A stretch of DNA of 64,000 bases from the NCBI GenBank assembly GCA_016717225.1, contig JADKGB010000013.1, positions 34,144 through 98,143 on the forward strand. Reading direction: 5' to 3'. The stretch comes from Flavobacteriales bacterium (GTDB taxonomy: Bacteria > Bacteroidota > Bacteroidia > Flavobacteriales_F > PHOS-HE28). Position numbers and translations under genes: made by a program. Under the pieces are notes generated by a model, which ran no database searches, was not told the origin of the DNA, and worked only from the letters and a program-made list of their open reading frames with translations. This document shows, piece after piece, positions 30,135 to 40,296 of the stretch. Numbering within the stretch: the stretch's first letter is position 1; each line of letters begins with the position of its first letter.

Positions 30135-30403
30135 ATCACCTGTACAAGCCGAACGCTCATCCACTCAACCACGGATCCGAGTTGTACAAGCCGGGCACGC
30201 GATCAGTGAAGGTCCGTTCGGCCCTGTACACCTGCGGCTCGGTGGCGTTCCAATGCCGTACGGTCTTGTACAGAAAGGCGCTCAACTTGGGCATGAATGC
30301 GGGACGATCGCACAACAATGCCGGTGGCATGTACAGCCGCGTTGAGCATCGCGCCGGTCTTCCTGTACACGAATGCTCCTGCCTTGTACGGGGGGGGGGG
30401 GGG
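30135..30403. repeat. array of seven YYTGTACA palindromic motifs at a ~42 bp period, terminating in a G14 homopolymer
   Basis: TGTACA at 30141, 30184, 30226, 30267, 30330, 30364 and 30385 (truncated). G14 at 30390..30403. The surrounding region 30094..30944 has no credible ORF. Confidence 0.8.
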
Positions 30404-30944
30404 AACCCCGCCTGGGAAGTGTTCGTGGGCAAAGCCGGGCAACTCCAAGTCATGAGCGGACCGCACTTCCCGAACCATGCCATGCTTTTTACGAGCCCGG
30501 CGGAGACGCTGGAGGAGGCAGGGCGCACCGCACGCCATCGTGGCGCGTTCCGGCCGCCGAAGAACGTCCGGCGGGCAGACCTGCTTCGTTGCGCTCAGCG
30601 GCTCGAAGAGGCGCGCGACACGGAACTCACGCGAACCACTTGACTGCCTTCCTTAAGTAAGCTCGGTCGAGGCTTTGAACCGCAAGATTCCAAGCCACGC
30701 CGGGGAGCGAACTAACAACCGAGCGCTCGAGCAGGATGGAGGTTCCTGTACCGTTGCGCGCTTATCAACCGGTTCCTTCCGGAATAGTAGCGATATACGC
30801 GGCGCTATGCTAACCAATTGACCACCAGTAGCGAGAACACCTTCGGCCGGCGCCGGGGGGCAATCTGGCTGAATGCGTTCACCAATCGGTGGCTTTGTCG
30901 GCAGATTAACTGCAAGAATCTGCTCTTTCATCATAACGCATTAT

Positions 30945-33692
30945 TCAAAATCCCCCCATCCCAGGCCCCGCCGGCACACCTGCATTGAGGTGCGCATGCA
31001 ACGCCGCCTCATTCGGGATCAACACCCGCCGCGCCTTCGAACCTTCAAATCCACCGAGGATACCTGCTGCTTCCAACTGGTCCACGATGCGGCCTGCGCG
31101 GTTGTAGCCGAGCTTCAACTTGCGTTGGATCATGCTCGTAGAACCTTGCTGTGTTTGCACCACGATGCGGGCGGCTTCTTCGAACATGCTGTCGCGGTCG
31201 CCGTCGTCCACATCGCCGCCGCCTTCGCCTTCTTCGGTGGGTACTTCGGGTAGGATGAGCGCATCGGGGTAACCGCGTTGGTTGCCGATGAACTCGGTGA
31301 TCTTCTCCACTTCCGGTGTGTCCACGAAGGCGCACTGGATGCGGATAAGGTCGTTGCCGGTGCTCAGGAGCATGTCGCCACGACCGATCAGCTGGTCGGC
31401 GCCGCCGGTGTCCAGAATGGTGCGGCTATCGATCTTGCTCGTAACGCGGAAGGCGATGCGCGCCGGGAAGTTGGCCTTGATGGTTCCGGTGATGATGTTC
31501 ACGCTCGGGCGCTGCGTAGCGATGATCAAGTGGATGCCGATGGCGCGGGCGAGCTGTGCAAGTCGGGCGATCGGCGTTTCCACTTCGCGGCCAGCGGTCA
31601 TGATCAGATCGGCGAACTCGTCCACCACCAGAATGATGTAGGGGAGGAAGCGGTGGCCGTTCTCCGGGTTCAAGCGGCGGCTGATGAACTTGGCGTTGTA
31701 CTCCTTGATGTTCCGCACCTGCGCGTTCTTCAGCAGTTCATAGCGGTCGTCCATCTCGATGCACAAACTGTTCAGCGTGGCCACCACTTTCTTGGTGTCG
31801 GTGATGATGGCTTCACCTTCGCCTGGCAGCTTCGCCAGGAAGTGCCGCTCGATCTTGTTGAAGAGCGTGAGTTCCACCTTCTTTGGGTCCACGAGCACGA
31901 ACTTGATCTGGCTCGGGTGCTTCTTGTACAGCAGCGAAACCAGGATCGCGTTCAAACCAACCGACTTGCCCTGACCGGTAGCGCCCGCCATGAGCAAGTG
32001 CGGCATCTTGCTGAGGTCGGTAACGAAGGTCTCGTTGGTGATGGTCTTGCCCAGAACGATGGGCAGGTCCATGGTGGTGTTCTGGAATTTCTCGCTGGCG
32101 ATCACCGCGCGCATGCCCACGATCTGCGGCTTGCTGTTCGGTACTTCGATACCGATGGTGCCCTTGCCGGGGATCGGCGCGATGATGCGGATACCGAGCG
32201 CGGCGAGGCTCAGGGCGATGTCGTCCTCCAGGTTCTTGATCTTGCTGATGCGCACACCCGCCTGCGGGATGATCTCGTAAAGCGTAACGGTGGGCCCGAT
32301 GGTCGCCTTGATCTTGTCGATGCCGATGTTGTAGTGGGAGAGGGTCTCTACGATGCGGTTCTTGTTCGCTTCGAGTTCCTCTTTCGTAACGGTGAGTTCA
32401 CCTGTGCCGTGATCGACCAAGAGATCGATCGGTGGCAGCTCATAGCTCGAGAGATCCAACTTGGGGTCGTACTCGCCGAACTCTTGCAGCTTGGCTTCGA
32501 TCTGCGCTTCCGTTAGCACTTCGTCTGCCGCAGGCGCTTGCACGCTCATGCCGCCAACGTTCATGGGAATGGCCGCAATGATCGGATCGATCGGTGCGCT
32601 TTCCGCAAGTGGGCTGTCCGTTTCCAATTCCAGTTCAAGCCCGTCCTCGTTTTCTTCGGATGGCAATTCTTCGTCACCGGAAGGGTCAACTTCAAAGTCC
32701 ACGGAATTCGAAAGCTCGGTCGTCTCTTCTTCCACCGTTTCCTCTACCTCGAACGCAGGCCCTGCTTTGGGTGTGGATGCCAGGATGTTCGCCGCTGCGA
32801 TGGTTTCGCGCATCGTGTTGGGTGTGCTCCAGCCTTCTGCATCCTCACTTGTGTTCGAAGTCTGCTCGTCCGCCTCTTCGACAGCATTTTGCTTCCGCTC
32901 AAGCAGCGCGGTCAGCCAACCGAACGATGGATTGAACGTGAATACACCAAAAGCCGCAGCGCTGAAGAGGATCAACGCACCCGCACCAAAACCACCCAGC
33001 CAGGAACTCAAGTGCGCATTGATGGTGTAGCCGATGCCACCGCCCAGGAACATGTATTCGCTATGCGCGAAGAAGAAGCCCAGCAGCGTGGGCACCCAGA
33101 AGAGGGACATCACCGTCCACCGGAAGGTTTTGTTGCGTGGCAAGAGCCATGTGCCCAGCACCACGCGCAAGCCACCGATAAAACTCCACAGCACCGTGGC
33201 GAACGCAGCGATACCGAACCACTTGTAGATGAACTGGTGACTTACGAGCGCTCCCAGCTTGCCGAGCCAGTTCTCCACATGCACCGCCGGGCTGAAGATC
33301 TCACCCCACGGGCGCGACATCAGGTCCTGATCGATGCGCCAGGTGATCAAATAACTGGTGAAAGCGACCAGCAGGTACACCGAAGCGAGTACCAGGAAAA
33401 GCCCGCCCACTTTGTGCGCGCGCTCGTCCGCCAGAAAGGCCTTTACGCGCGACCACTTGCTTTCTGCTGCCGCTTCTTTCTTCTTCCGGGGCTTGCGCTC
33501 CTTCGCCGGAGCCGCGTCCTCAAGGTCTTGCACTTCTGTAGGATCCGCATCGCGGACTTTGTTCTTTTTCTCGCTGGCCACTGTGGTGTGCTTTGATAGC
33601 CGCGATCCATGCCAATGGGCTTGGTGCGCTGACCGAGCGAAACTACCCGGTGCCACAGTGGAGAACGGATGCCGGAACGCGGCTATTATCAA
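30945..33692 (-). CDS. ftsK: DNA translocase FtsK/SpoIIIE
   Basis: N-terminal TM segments. Pro/acidic linker. ATPase core (LLMAGATGQGKSVGLNAILVSLL, VVDEFADL) and C-terminal gamma domain (..MIQRKLKLGYNRAGRIVDQLE). The true start is probably an internal GTG (MASEKKNKVR) at ~33585. Confidence 0.9.
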   Translation of the reverse strand: MIIAAFRHPFSTVAPGSFARSAHQAHWHGSRLSKHTTVASEKKNKVRDADPTEVQDLEDAAPAKERKPRKKKEAAAESKWSRVKAFLADERAHKVGGLFLVLASVYLLVAFTSYLITWRIDQDLMSRPWGEIFSPAVHVENWLGKLGALVSHQFIYKWFGIAAFATVLWSFIGGLRVVLGTWLLPRNKTFRWTVMSLFWVPTLLGFFFAHSEYMFLGGGIGYTINAHLSSWLGGFGAGALILFSAAAFGVFTFNPSFGWLTALLERKQNAVEEADEQTSNTSEDAEGWSTPNTMRETIAAANILASTPKAGPAFEVEETVEEETTELSNSVDFEVDPSGDEELPSEENEDGLELELETDSPLAESAPIDPIIAAIPMNVGGMSVQAPAADEVLTEAQIEAKLQEFGEYDPKLDLSSYELPPIDLLVDHGTGELTVTKEELEANKNRIVETLSHYNIGIDKIKATIGPTVTLYEIIPQAGVRISKIKNLEDDIALSLAALGIRIIAPIPGKGTIGIEVPNSKPQIVGMRAVIASEKFQNTTMDLPIVLGKTITNETFVTDLSKMPHLLMAGATGQGKSVGLNAILVSLLYKKHPSQIKFVLVDPKKVELTLFNKIERHFLAKLPGEGEAIITDTKKVVATLNSLCIEMDDRYELLKNAQVRNIKEYNAKFISRRLNPENGHRFLPYIILVVDEFADLIMTAGREVETPIARLAQLARAIGIHLIIATQRPSVNIITGTIKANFPARIAFRVTSKIDSRTILDTGGADQLIGRGDMLLSTGNDLIRIQCAFVDTPEVEKITEFIGNQRGYPDALILPEVPTEEGEGGGDVDDGDRDSMFEEAARIVVQTQQGSTSMIQRKLKLGYNRAGRIVDQLEAAGILGGFEGSKARRVLIPNEAALHAHLNAGVPAGPGMGGF

Positions 33693-33775
33693 CAGGGGAT
33701 CGTGGCGTGGCTCAAGCGACTACCCAGCCGCTGGATATCACCCGGTTCCTCAAGGGAAAGATTTCCCGGTCAAGG

Positions 33776-34489
33776 TCAACTCTGGAACGTGCTCAGCACC
33801 TCCTCCAACTCGTGGTGGAGTACCTCTGGAGCAACCTTGTCGTACTCCCCCTTGGCCTTGAACTTGATCGGATCCACTGGGCCGGCGGTAACAGATGTGG
33901 CGTTCAGTTGCATGCGCATGCCGTACTGTACCATTTCATACCGGAGCAGAACGCCCGGTATCTCGCTGTAGGGCCCATACCAATTGGGCGTTTCCATTTC
34001 AATGGCGTCAGTGTACCAGAGTTCAGCCTCCGGTTGATCGATGTTGGCATAAACGGCGATCGCCTTTTTGCAAGGGTAGCCAGCGATGGTGTCCGTGATG
34101 TTCGTGAACACAATGGTGAAGGCTTGTGATTCCTTGTTGAAGGAAACCAGGTCGCGCGGGTGCAGTTCGCTCACGAGCTTTTTGCTCATCACACTCATGT
34201 GATAGTTCATCACTTGGTCCTCCGTGTTCACCATCATGCTGGTATGGAAAACGCCCATGCCGGCGCTCAGATCGGCCATTTGTTGCCCATCGCCGAAGTA
34301 CAACAGGGTTTTTTCGGGCAGCATACCCGCCATCAGGCCGTTCGGGTCATAATCAGGGAAGGTGAGCGCGTATTCGATCACGCCTTCCTTGATCTTCCGA
34401 TGGAGCAGGGAATTGCCGCAACCATTGATCAATAGGGGTATAGCGACCACTGCGGGGGCATACCAAAGCTGAATGCGGTAAATGTTCAT
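33776..34489 (-). CDS. hypothetical lipoprotein
   Basis: Internal start MNIYRIQLWYAPAVVAIPLLINGCGNS (lipobox). No family recognised. Confidence 0.5.
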   Translation of the reverse strand: MNIYRIQLWYAPAVVAIPLLINGCGNSLLHRKIKEGVIEYALTFPDYDPNGLMAGMLPEKTLLYFGDGQQMADLSAGMGVFHTSMMVNTEDQVMNYHMSVMSKKLVSELHPRDLVSFNKESQAFTIVFTNITDTIAGYPCKKAIAVYANIDQPEAELWYTDAIEMETPNWYGPYSEIPGVLLRYEMVQYGMRMQLNATSVTAGPVDPIKFKAKGEYDKVAPEVLHHELEEVLSTFQS

Positions 34490-34622
34490 GTTGCGGTTCG
34501 TCAAGTGAAGGTGGCCGCTGATACGGAAAAGGGTAGCTGTTCGTTTCGAGTGATCAATTCGCTCGGTATCTCTGTTCAACCTTCGGCGTGATCTTTGGTC
34601 TCACCGGAACGATCCCGAAACC

Positions 34623-36020
34623 ATGTCTTCTACTTCCCCTCGGTTGGCGCAACATCTTTTTTGGCGTGCAGGTATGGGGCTTACCCCAGCCGAACTCACC
34701 GCCCGCTCGAAGAAGGAGTATGGCGAACTGATCGAGGAGCTTTTCAGCACGGCCAAGGATTTCGTTCCGGTGCGCACCGAGCATGCCGTAGCCACCGAGG
34801 ACGGGTACAAAGGCATGAAGAGCACGGAACAATTCAAGTTCCGCAAGGCCAGCAGGGACGCGAACTACCGCTTGAACGCACTTTGGCGCCAGCGCATGAT
34901 CACCACCGAGGGATGCCTGCGCGAAAAGATGGCGCTCTTCTGGCACGGCCACTTCGCTGCTTGGAGCCACTGGAGCACCAGCACCGAGCAATACCTGAAC
35001 ACGCTTCGTAAGCACGCCTTGGGCAATTTTGGAACGATGCTGAAGGCGATCAGTCGTTCGGCCGAAATGCTCGAATTCCTCAACAACCAGCGCAACAAGA
35101 AGGACGCGCCCAATGAGAATTTCGCCCGGGAACTGATGGAACTGTTCACGCTGGGAAGAGGGCACTACACGGAACAGGACATTCATGAAGCGGCACGCGC
35201 TTTCACGGGCTGGGCGTTCAAATTGGAATCCGCGGAATTCATTTTCCGCGAGAAACAGCACGATTTCGGGGAGAAGACCTTCCGTGGCAAGACCGGCAAT
35301 TTTGATGGCGATGACATTCTCGACCAGTTGCTCGCGGATAAACAAACCGCGCGTTTCATCTCGAACAGGATCTACCAATGGTTCGTGAACGCTGGCACTC
35401 CGAACGAAGCCTTTGTTTCGTCCATGGCTGATCGGTTCTTCGGAAGCGGTTACGACATCGCGGACCTTATGCGTTTCGTTTTTGCCAGCGAGGTGTTCAA
35501 GAGCAGTTTGGGTGCGCGCATCAAATCTCCCGTGGAACTGATCTGTGGGCTGGACAAGAACTTCCGCATCCGTTTCGAGCTGGAAGAGAATGCTCTTTTC
35601 GTACAGCGCATGTTAGGCCAGGAGTTGTTGTACCCGCCCAGCGTAGCCGGTTGGAAAGAAGGCACCGGCTGGATCGACAGCAACTCGCTCATGCTACGCT
35701 TGAAGTTGCCTGCGGCTTTGCTCAACCAAGGCTCGCTCGATTGGGACGCTCCCGCGAGCAGCCCGCAGGAGAATGATATGATGATGTCCATGACCGGCGG
35801 CGACGCCCCCATGCGCGATGGCAAAGGCCGCGTGTTCCGCACCCTGCCCGATAAAGCGGCTTTTCTCGCCCAGTTGGATCCGCACATCACGAACGATGCA
35901 TTGTTCAGCATGCTGCTGCAAGTGGATCCGAGCGATGCCCTGCGTGCCAACGTTTCGCAAGGTGATCTGATGGAACGCGTGCTCGAGATCCTTTCTTCAC
36001 CCGAATACCAACTCTGCTGA
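34623..36020 (+). CDS. DUF1800 domain-containing protein
   Basis: ..HLFWRAGMGLTPAEL.. and the FWHGHF motif are typical of DUF1800. Paired with a downstream DUF1501 gene. Confidence 0.85.
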   Translation: MSSTSPRLAQHLFWRAGMGLTPAELTARSKKEYGELIEELFSTAKDFVPVRTEHAVATEDGYKGMKSTEQFKFRKASRDANYRLNALWRQRMITTEGCLREKMALFWHGHFAAWSHWSTSTEQYLNTLRKHALGNFGTMLKAISRSAEMLEFLNNQRNKKDAPNENFARELMELFTLGRGHYTEQDIHEAARAFTGWAFKLESAEFIFREKQHDFGEKTFRGKTGNFDGDDILDQLLADKQTARFISNRIYQWFVNAGTPNEAFVSSMADRFFGSGYDIADLMRFVFASEVFKSSLGARIKSPVELICGLDKNFRIRFELEENALFVQRMLGQELLYPPSVAGWKEGTGWIDSNSLMLRLKLPAALLNQGSLDWDAPASSPQENDMMMSMTGGDAPMRDGKGRVFRTLPDKAAFLAQLDPHITNDALFSMLLQVDPSDALRANVSQGDLMERVLEILSSPEYQLC

Positions 36021-37201
36021 TGAAGCGCCGCGATTTCCTTCGAAGTACAGGGCTTGTCAGCGCCTCACTGATGATGCCCCGCTTTCTGCAAGGCATGGCA
36101 CCCGTAAAGAGCCAGAACGGACGGAAGTTGGTGGTGGTCCAGCTTTCCGGTGGCAATGATGGCTTGAATACCGTGGTGCCTTTTCGGAACGATATCTACT
36201 ACGCACTCCGCCCTCAATTGGCGTTGGCCCGGGATAAGGTTCTGGGTTTATCGGACGAGCTTGGGTTGAATCCGGGGATGGCCGCAATTCAAGCGATCCA
36301 CGAGGCGGGTGAGCTCACGATCCTAAATGGTGTCGGGTACCCCCAACCGGACAGGTCCCACTTCCGCAGTATGGATATCTGGCATACGGCCAGTGCAAGC
36401 GATGAGTATTTGCAGACCGGATGGTTGGGCCGCTATATGGATGCAACGGAAGCAAAAGCGCATGACGTGATCGAATTCGGCGGAACGCTTTCCCTTGCCA
36501 ACAAAGGCGCGCAGATGAAAGCTCTGGCATTGAACGAGCCAGCGCGCTTCTATGCGAGTACGCGCGAACCATTTTTCGCCAAGCTCGCCCAGGTACAGCA
36601 TCGGGAGCAGCACCAACAACTCGGCTATTTGTATCGTACCATGACCGAGACCTATCAAAGTGCGGGCTACATCCAAGAGCATCTGCGTCCTCGTTCAACC
36701 GAGGTGATCTTTCCGAAAAGCGATCTGGCCAAGCAGCTGCGCAATGTGAGCGCGTTCATTCAAAGCGGTATGGAAACGAGTGTTTACTATACCAGTTTCG
36801 ACGGGTTCGATACGCATGTGAACCAACTGGGGCGGCAGCAGAAGAACCTCACGCAGCTGTCCGAGGCCATCGGCGCATTTTGGAACGATCTGAAAGCCGC
36901 TGGCAAACAAGAGGACGTGTTGATCATGGTCTTCAGCGAGTTCGGCCGTCGAGTAAAGCAGAACGCCAGCAACGGAACGGACCACGGCACCGCGAGCAAC
37001 CTCTTCCTGATCGGTTCCAGCCTGAAAAAGCCCGGCTTTTTCAACGCGATGCCCTCGTTGAGCGACCTCGATGAGAACGGCGACCTGAAGTTCGCGGTGG
37101 ATTTCCGCTCGATCTATTCCACCCTGCTGGAGGGGTGGTTGGGGCTGGCACCAGCCGCTGTTGGATTGGGGTCCTTCAGGTCGTTGCCACTCTTATCCTA
37201 A
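36020..37201 (+). CDS. DUF1501 domain-containing protein (Tat-secreted, sulfatase-like fold)
   Basis: Twin-arginine signal MKRRDFLRSTGLVSASLMM. The DUF1800-DUF1501 pair is a conserved arrangement. Confidence 0.85.
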   Translation: MKRRDFLRSTGLVSASLMMPRFLQGMAPVKSQNGRKLVVVQLSGGNDGLNTVVPFRNDIYYALRPQLALARDKVLGLSDELGLNPGMAAIQAIHEAGELTILNGVGYPQPDRSHFRSMDIWHTASASDEYLQTGWLGRYMDATEAKAHDVIEFGGTLSLANKGAQMKALALNEPARFYASTREPFFAKLAQVQHREQHQQLGYLYRTMTETYQSAGYIQEHLRPRSTEVIFPKSDLAKQLRNVSAFIQSGMETSVYYTSFDGFDTHVNQLGRQQKNLTQLSEAIGAFWNDLKAAGKQEDVLIMVFSEFGRRVKQNASNGTDHGTASNLFLIGSSLKKPGFFNAMPSLSDLDENGDLKFAVDFRSIYSTLLEGWLGLAPAAVGLGSFRSLPLLS

Positions 37202-37704
37202 AACTCCTTGAAAAAGTCATAGGCCACATGCAAAAGGAGCATTAACAGGTAGGTGAAGATGACCATCAGGAAAAGCTCCCGCAGTTCTGTTCCGCTGAGT
37301 CCATTGTCCCTGTGATCGATCCACGTGCGCGAAGACTTGAATCGCTTGTAGTTCCCTGTTTGATCAATAGGTCGAACGGTATTCCAAAAACCGGCACCGG
37401 GGTATTCAACGTCGCCCTTGGTGATCCGATCAGGTTGAAGTGGAAGCGGCATTTCCGGGCTCTCCTCGTCCATGATCCATGTGCGCGGAAGGCCCGGTAT
37501 CGTGTGAGAAATGCTCCTCAACTTGATCGGGGCATGCGCAGACTGTTCGATCTCGACGAACGAAACATCTTCGATCGTACTGCCCACTTCGGCGGTATTT
37601 GTATACGGATCGGTGATCATGATCGTCGGCTTCGACGTGCAAGTTGCTGATCCCGCAGGATCTTTCCAACAGTTTTCTTCAAGAAAGAAGACCGGTGCGA
37701 TCAT
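37198..37704 (-). CDS. hypothetical C-terminally membrane-anchored protein
   Basis: 168 aa with a C-terminal TM helix LFLMVIFTYLLMLLLHVAY. Lies downstream of the M23 peptidase on the same strand. Weak call. Confidence 0.35.
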   Translation of the reverse strand: MIAPVFFLEENCWKDPAGSATCTSKPTIMITDPYTNTAEVGSTIEDVSFVEIEQSAHAPIKLRSISHTIPGLPRTWIMDEESPEMPLPLQPDRITKGDVEYPGAGFWNTVRPIDQTGNYKRFKSSRTWIDHRDNGLSGTELRELFLMVIFTYLLMLLLHVAYDFFKEF

Positions 37705-37734
37705 GAAGGACCACTGCGGGCGCAGTGATCCTGG

Positions 37735-39469
37735 TCAGTGCAAAAATTCCGCCTTGAGCGTGGTCGTGTTCCCACGTTCATCGCTCACCACCAATTCCAA
37801 CTGATGGTTGCCTTTGCCACTGCTGTGCTTATCGAACGTATGGATCAGTTGTTTCCTCTTTTGGTCGAATTCGAAAAGGATCCACTCGCCATCCAACCGA
37901 CCCACGTATTTGTCGATCCCGCTCAGGTTATCGGTAACTTGTATTCGAAGGCTGTCCCGGCCTGTCATCACTGGAACAAGGTCGAACGCTGTCACCTTGG
38001 GTGGAATGGTGTCGATCATCACGCTGTAATCCCCGAAGCCTCGAACTTTGGCCGTTACCCAGCCGTCGGTATATACCCCGCCAACAGGGGAGGGCTGACC
38101 CTTTTCATCGAACTTCACTACAAGAAGTTTGCTTTCCCGGCCCTTGGAGGCCACAGCATCCACCTTTATGGCAAGCTGTCCAGCTATGTGCAATGGTGTC
38201 AATTTATCGTGCAGTGCAAGGGTAGGAGCGAACGGTTCTTTTGAAGGCCCGCTCTTCCAGCTGATGCGCTCGTTGGCGTATAGTGAATTCGCTGGTAAGA
38301 CAAAGCGGAATTCAGGGGTGTTGATGCTGTTCTCTGTGTTGTATGTAAACAACTGACCTGCCTCCAATGACTTCGGCCATTGTGCAGCTTCCTGACTTGT
38401 TGCGCCTAAAAGGGTGAACGGAAATACGCTCCTGTTGCCGTTCGCATCAATGGCCTCGACGAGGATCTTGTAAGCTTTGCCCGGGAGGAGCGTCATCCGT
38501 CCCTGGGCGGTTTCGTTGCCGTAAAGCTCCAACTTGTTGTTCGGCAGCTTGTAGCAGCGGTTGTAATTCATGTCGTTCCCCTTGAACAATCCGTAGTCCA
38601 TGAACGCGTTGGCGTAGCGCTGCAGATCGAAATTGATCTCGTCCAGATCCGCGCTGAACGTGGCTACCCCGTCCACGCTCACCTTCAAACCGCGTATACC
38701 GCAGGTGCTTCCACTGTTGCTGTATCGGTCGATCACATTCACCGAGAGACCAACCGTTCCAAAGGCCATTGGCGTTAGGTCGCCCTTGATCGTATACGCA
38801 CCATCCTTGCCTGCGAGCACGTATCCGCGGGCTTTAGCGGGGTACGGTTGTGCCCGGGAGCTGCTGTCCAGTGGGTCTATTCGCAGGCCAAAAAAGCTCG
38901 GGGAACGCTGTCGGGAATGTCCATGCCAAAACGCTCCGGATCCAGCGCATGCTGGTCGTTGGTTCGCCGCACTTCAAAGTGCAAGTGGGGCCGCCGCTGC
39001 CACCTGTATTCCCGCTATTGGCCACAACCTGACCTTTCTTCACCGCTAGTTCTCCTGGAGAGAAGGTCAGATCCACTTCGAAGGCCTTCGCTTTGTATTG
39101 CCCGTCGAGCGCAGCTCCTGCGATGGTGCCGGAATAGTTCCTGAGATGACCGTACACCGTGGTGTACCCGTTGGGATGGTCTATGTACAGGGCCTTCCCA
39201 TAGCCCCACGGACTCACCTTTATCCGGCTCACCCAACCGTCGCCAGCAGCCTTCACCGGGATCCCTTCTTTACTCTCCGTCCGCATATCCAACCCGCTAT
39301 GGAAGTGATCGTTCCGGAGCTCCATGAAGTTGCCGGAAAGCGAGATCGGTATGTCCATGGGCGGGGAAAACCGTGGCAGGACAGGGGCGAATTGACCACT
39401 TGATACAACGGTTATCAATGAGCTGAATATCAGTAAATTGATCTTCGTCAATTCAATTCGATCGGTCAT
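37735..39469 (-). pseudogene. M23 family metallopeptidase with large C-terminal domain, two frameshifts (~38985 and ~38901)
   Basis: Signal MTDRIELTKINLLIFSSLITVVSS. HFHSGLDM...GYGKALYIDHPNGYTTVYGHL. The GGPHLHFEVRR motif is only readable after restoring one C in a cccc run. The C-terminal 360 aa lie in a third frame reached via another cccc/ccccc run. Confidence 0.75.
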
Positions 39470-39649
39470 TGTTCTTCTCCTTCGTTTGCCGCTCATGTGC
39501 GAGTGGTGCAATCTATCCGCGGCCGTCTCTGCCGTTCCGTTAAGTGCAGCGGCTTCTGTCAACATGAACGGGTTCATACAAAGACCGTACGCAGTTCACC
39601 CCTCATCTTATCTTTGGCACGGACCCTTACGGTCTTCAATTCCAAGAAC

Positions 39650-39940
39650 ATGAGCGACCTCGCCACCCGGATACGCCAAGTGCACGCGCACGTGGGCGGG
39701 CTGCGCAGTGAGCGCGACAAGCTGGCCGATACGGTTTCCTCGTTGGAAGAGGGAGCACGTGAAACGAAGCGGAATGTCGAGGTGCTTCACGCACGCATCA
39801 TGGAGCTGGAACGCGAGAACGAGGTTCTCCGTTTGGTAAAGCCGGCAGCAGCTGCCGAAACTGACCGATCGGGATCGAAGGAACGGATCGATGAACTGGT
39901 GAGCGAGATCGATCGCTGCTTGGCCCTTTTGAAAAATTGA
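39650..39940 (+). CDS. small coiled-coil protein (ZapB-like) upstream of zapA
   Basis: MSDLATRIRQVHAHVGGLRSERDKLADTVSSLEE...LERENEVLRL is predicted coiled coil. Its stop overlaps the zapA start. Confidence 0.55.
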   Translation: MSDLATRIRQVHAHVGGLRSERDKLADTVSSLEEGARETKRNVEVLHARIMELERENEVLRLVKPAAAAETDRSGSKERIDELVSEIDRCLALLKN

Positions 39941-40239
39941 CCACAGCGACCTCCACCATGAGTGAATCATCGATCAGGATCGAATTGGCCGGACGTGCTT
40001 ATCCACTCACCGTTCACCCGAACGAGGAGGAGAATATCCGTAAGGCCGCTACCGAGATCAACGAAAGCATCTCCCGCTTGAAGGCATCCTATCCGATGAC
40101 CGACAAACAGGATCTCTTGGCCATGGCCGCTTTGGAAGTCACCACGCGCGTCCTGAACCAAGCTACGCCCCAAGCCCACGCTGAGGATATCGAAGCGTTG
40201 GAAGACCTGGAGCGACTGCTTTCCGAGATACGCGGCTGA
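39937..40239 (+). CDS. zapA: cell division protein ZapA
   Basis: SIRIELAGRAYPLTVHPNEEENIRKAATEINESI. Lies immediately upstream of rny, a conserved arrangement. Confidence 0.8.
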   Translation: MTTATSTMSESSIRIELAGRAYPLTVHPNEEENIRKAATEINESISRLKASYPMTDKQDLLAMAALEVTTRVLNQATPQAHAEDIEALEDLERLLSEIRG

Positions 40240-40296
40240 TCCACCTTCGCTCCCCGGAGTACTCCAAGGGTCCACTGAACCAATTCACGTGGACAC

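Noticed and set aside
30182-30643. 153 aa ORF inside the TGTACA array region
   Set aside because: Its translation is driven by the repeats (TTGTACAAG gives L-Y-K, GGGG gives Gly) and by an Arg-rich tail. There is no domain or signal resemblance, so I treat it as non-coding.
30094-30944. Possibility that the gene-free region is RNase P RNA, tmRNA or a dif site
   Set aside because: I looked for the conserved RNase P P4/GNRA segments, the tmRNA tRNA-like 3' end and an 11-6-11 dif architecture around TGTACA. I recognised none, but could not run a covariance search.
31278-32516. 412 aa plus-strand ORF antisense to ftsK
   Set aside because: Low-complexity D/A/G/V-rich translation of the ftsK antisense strand.
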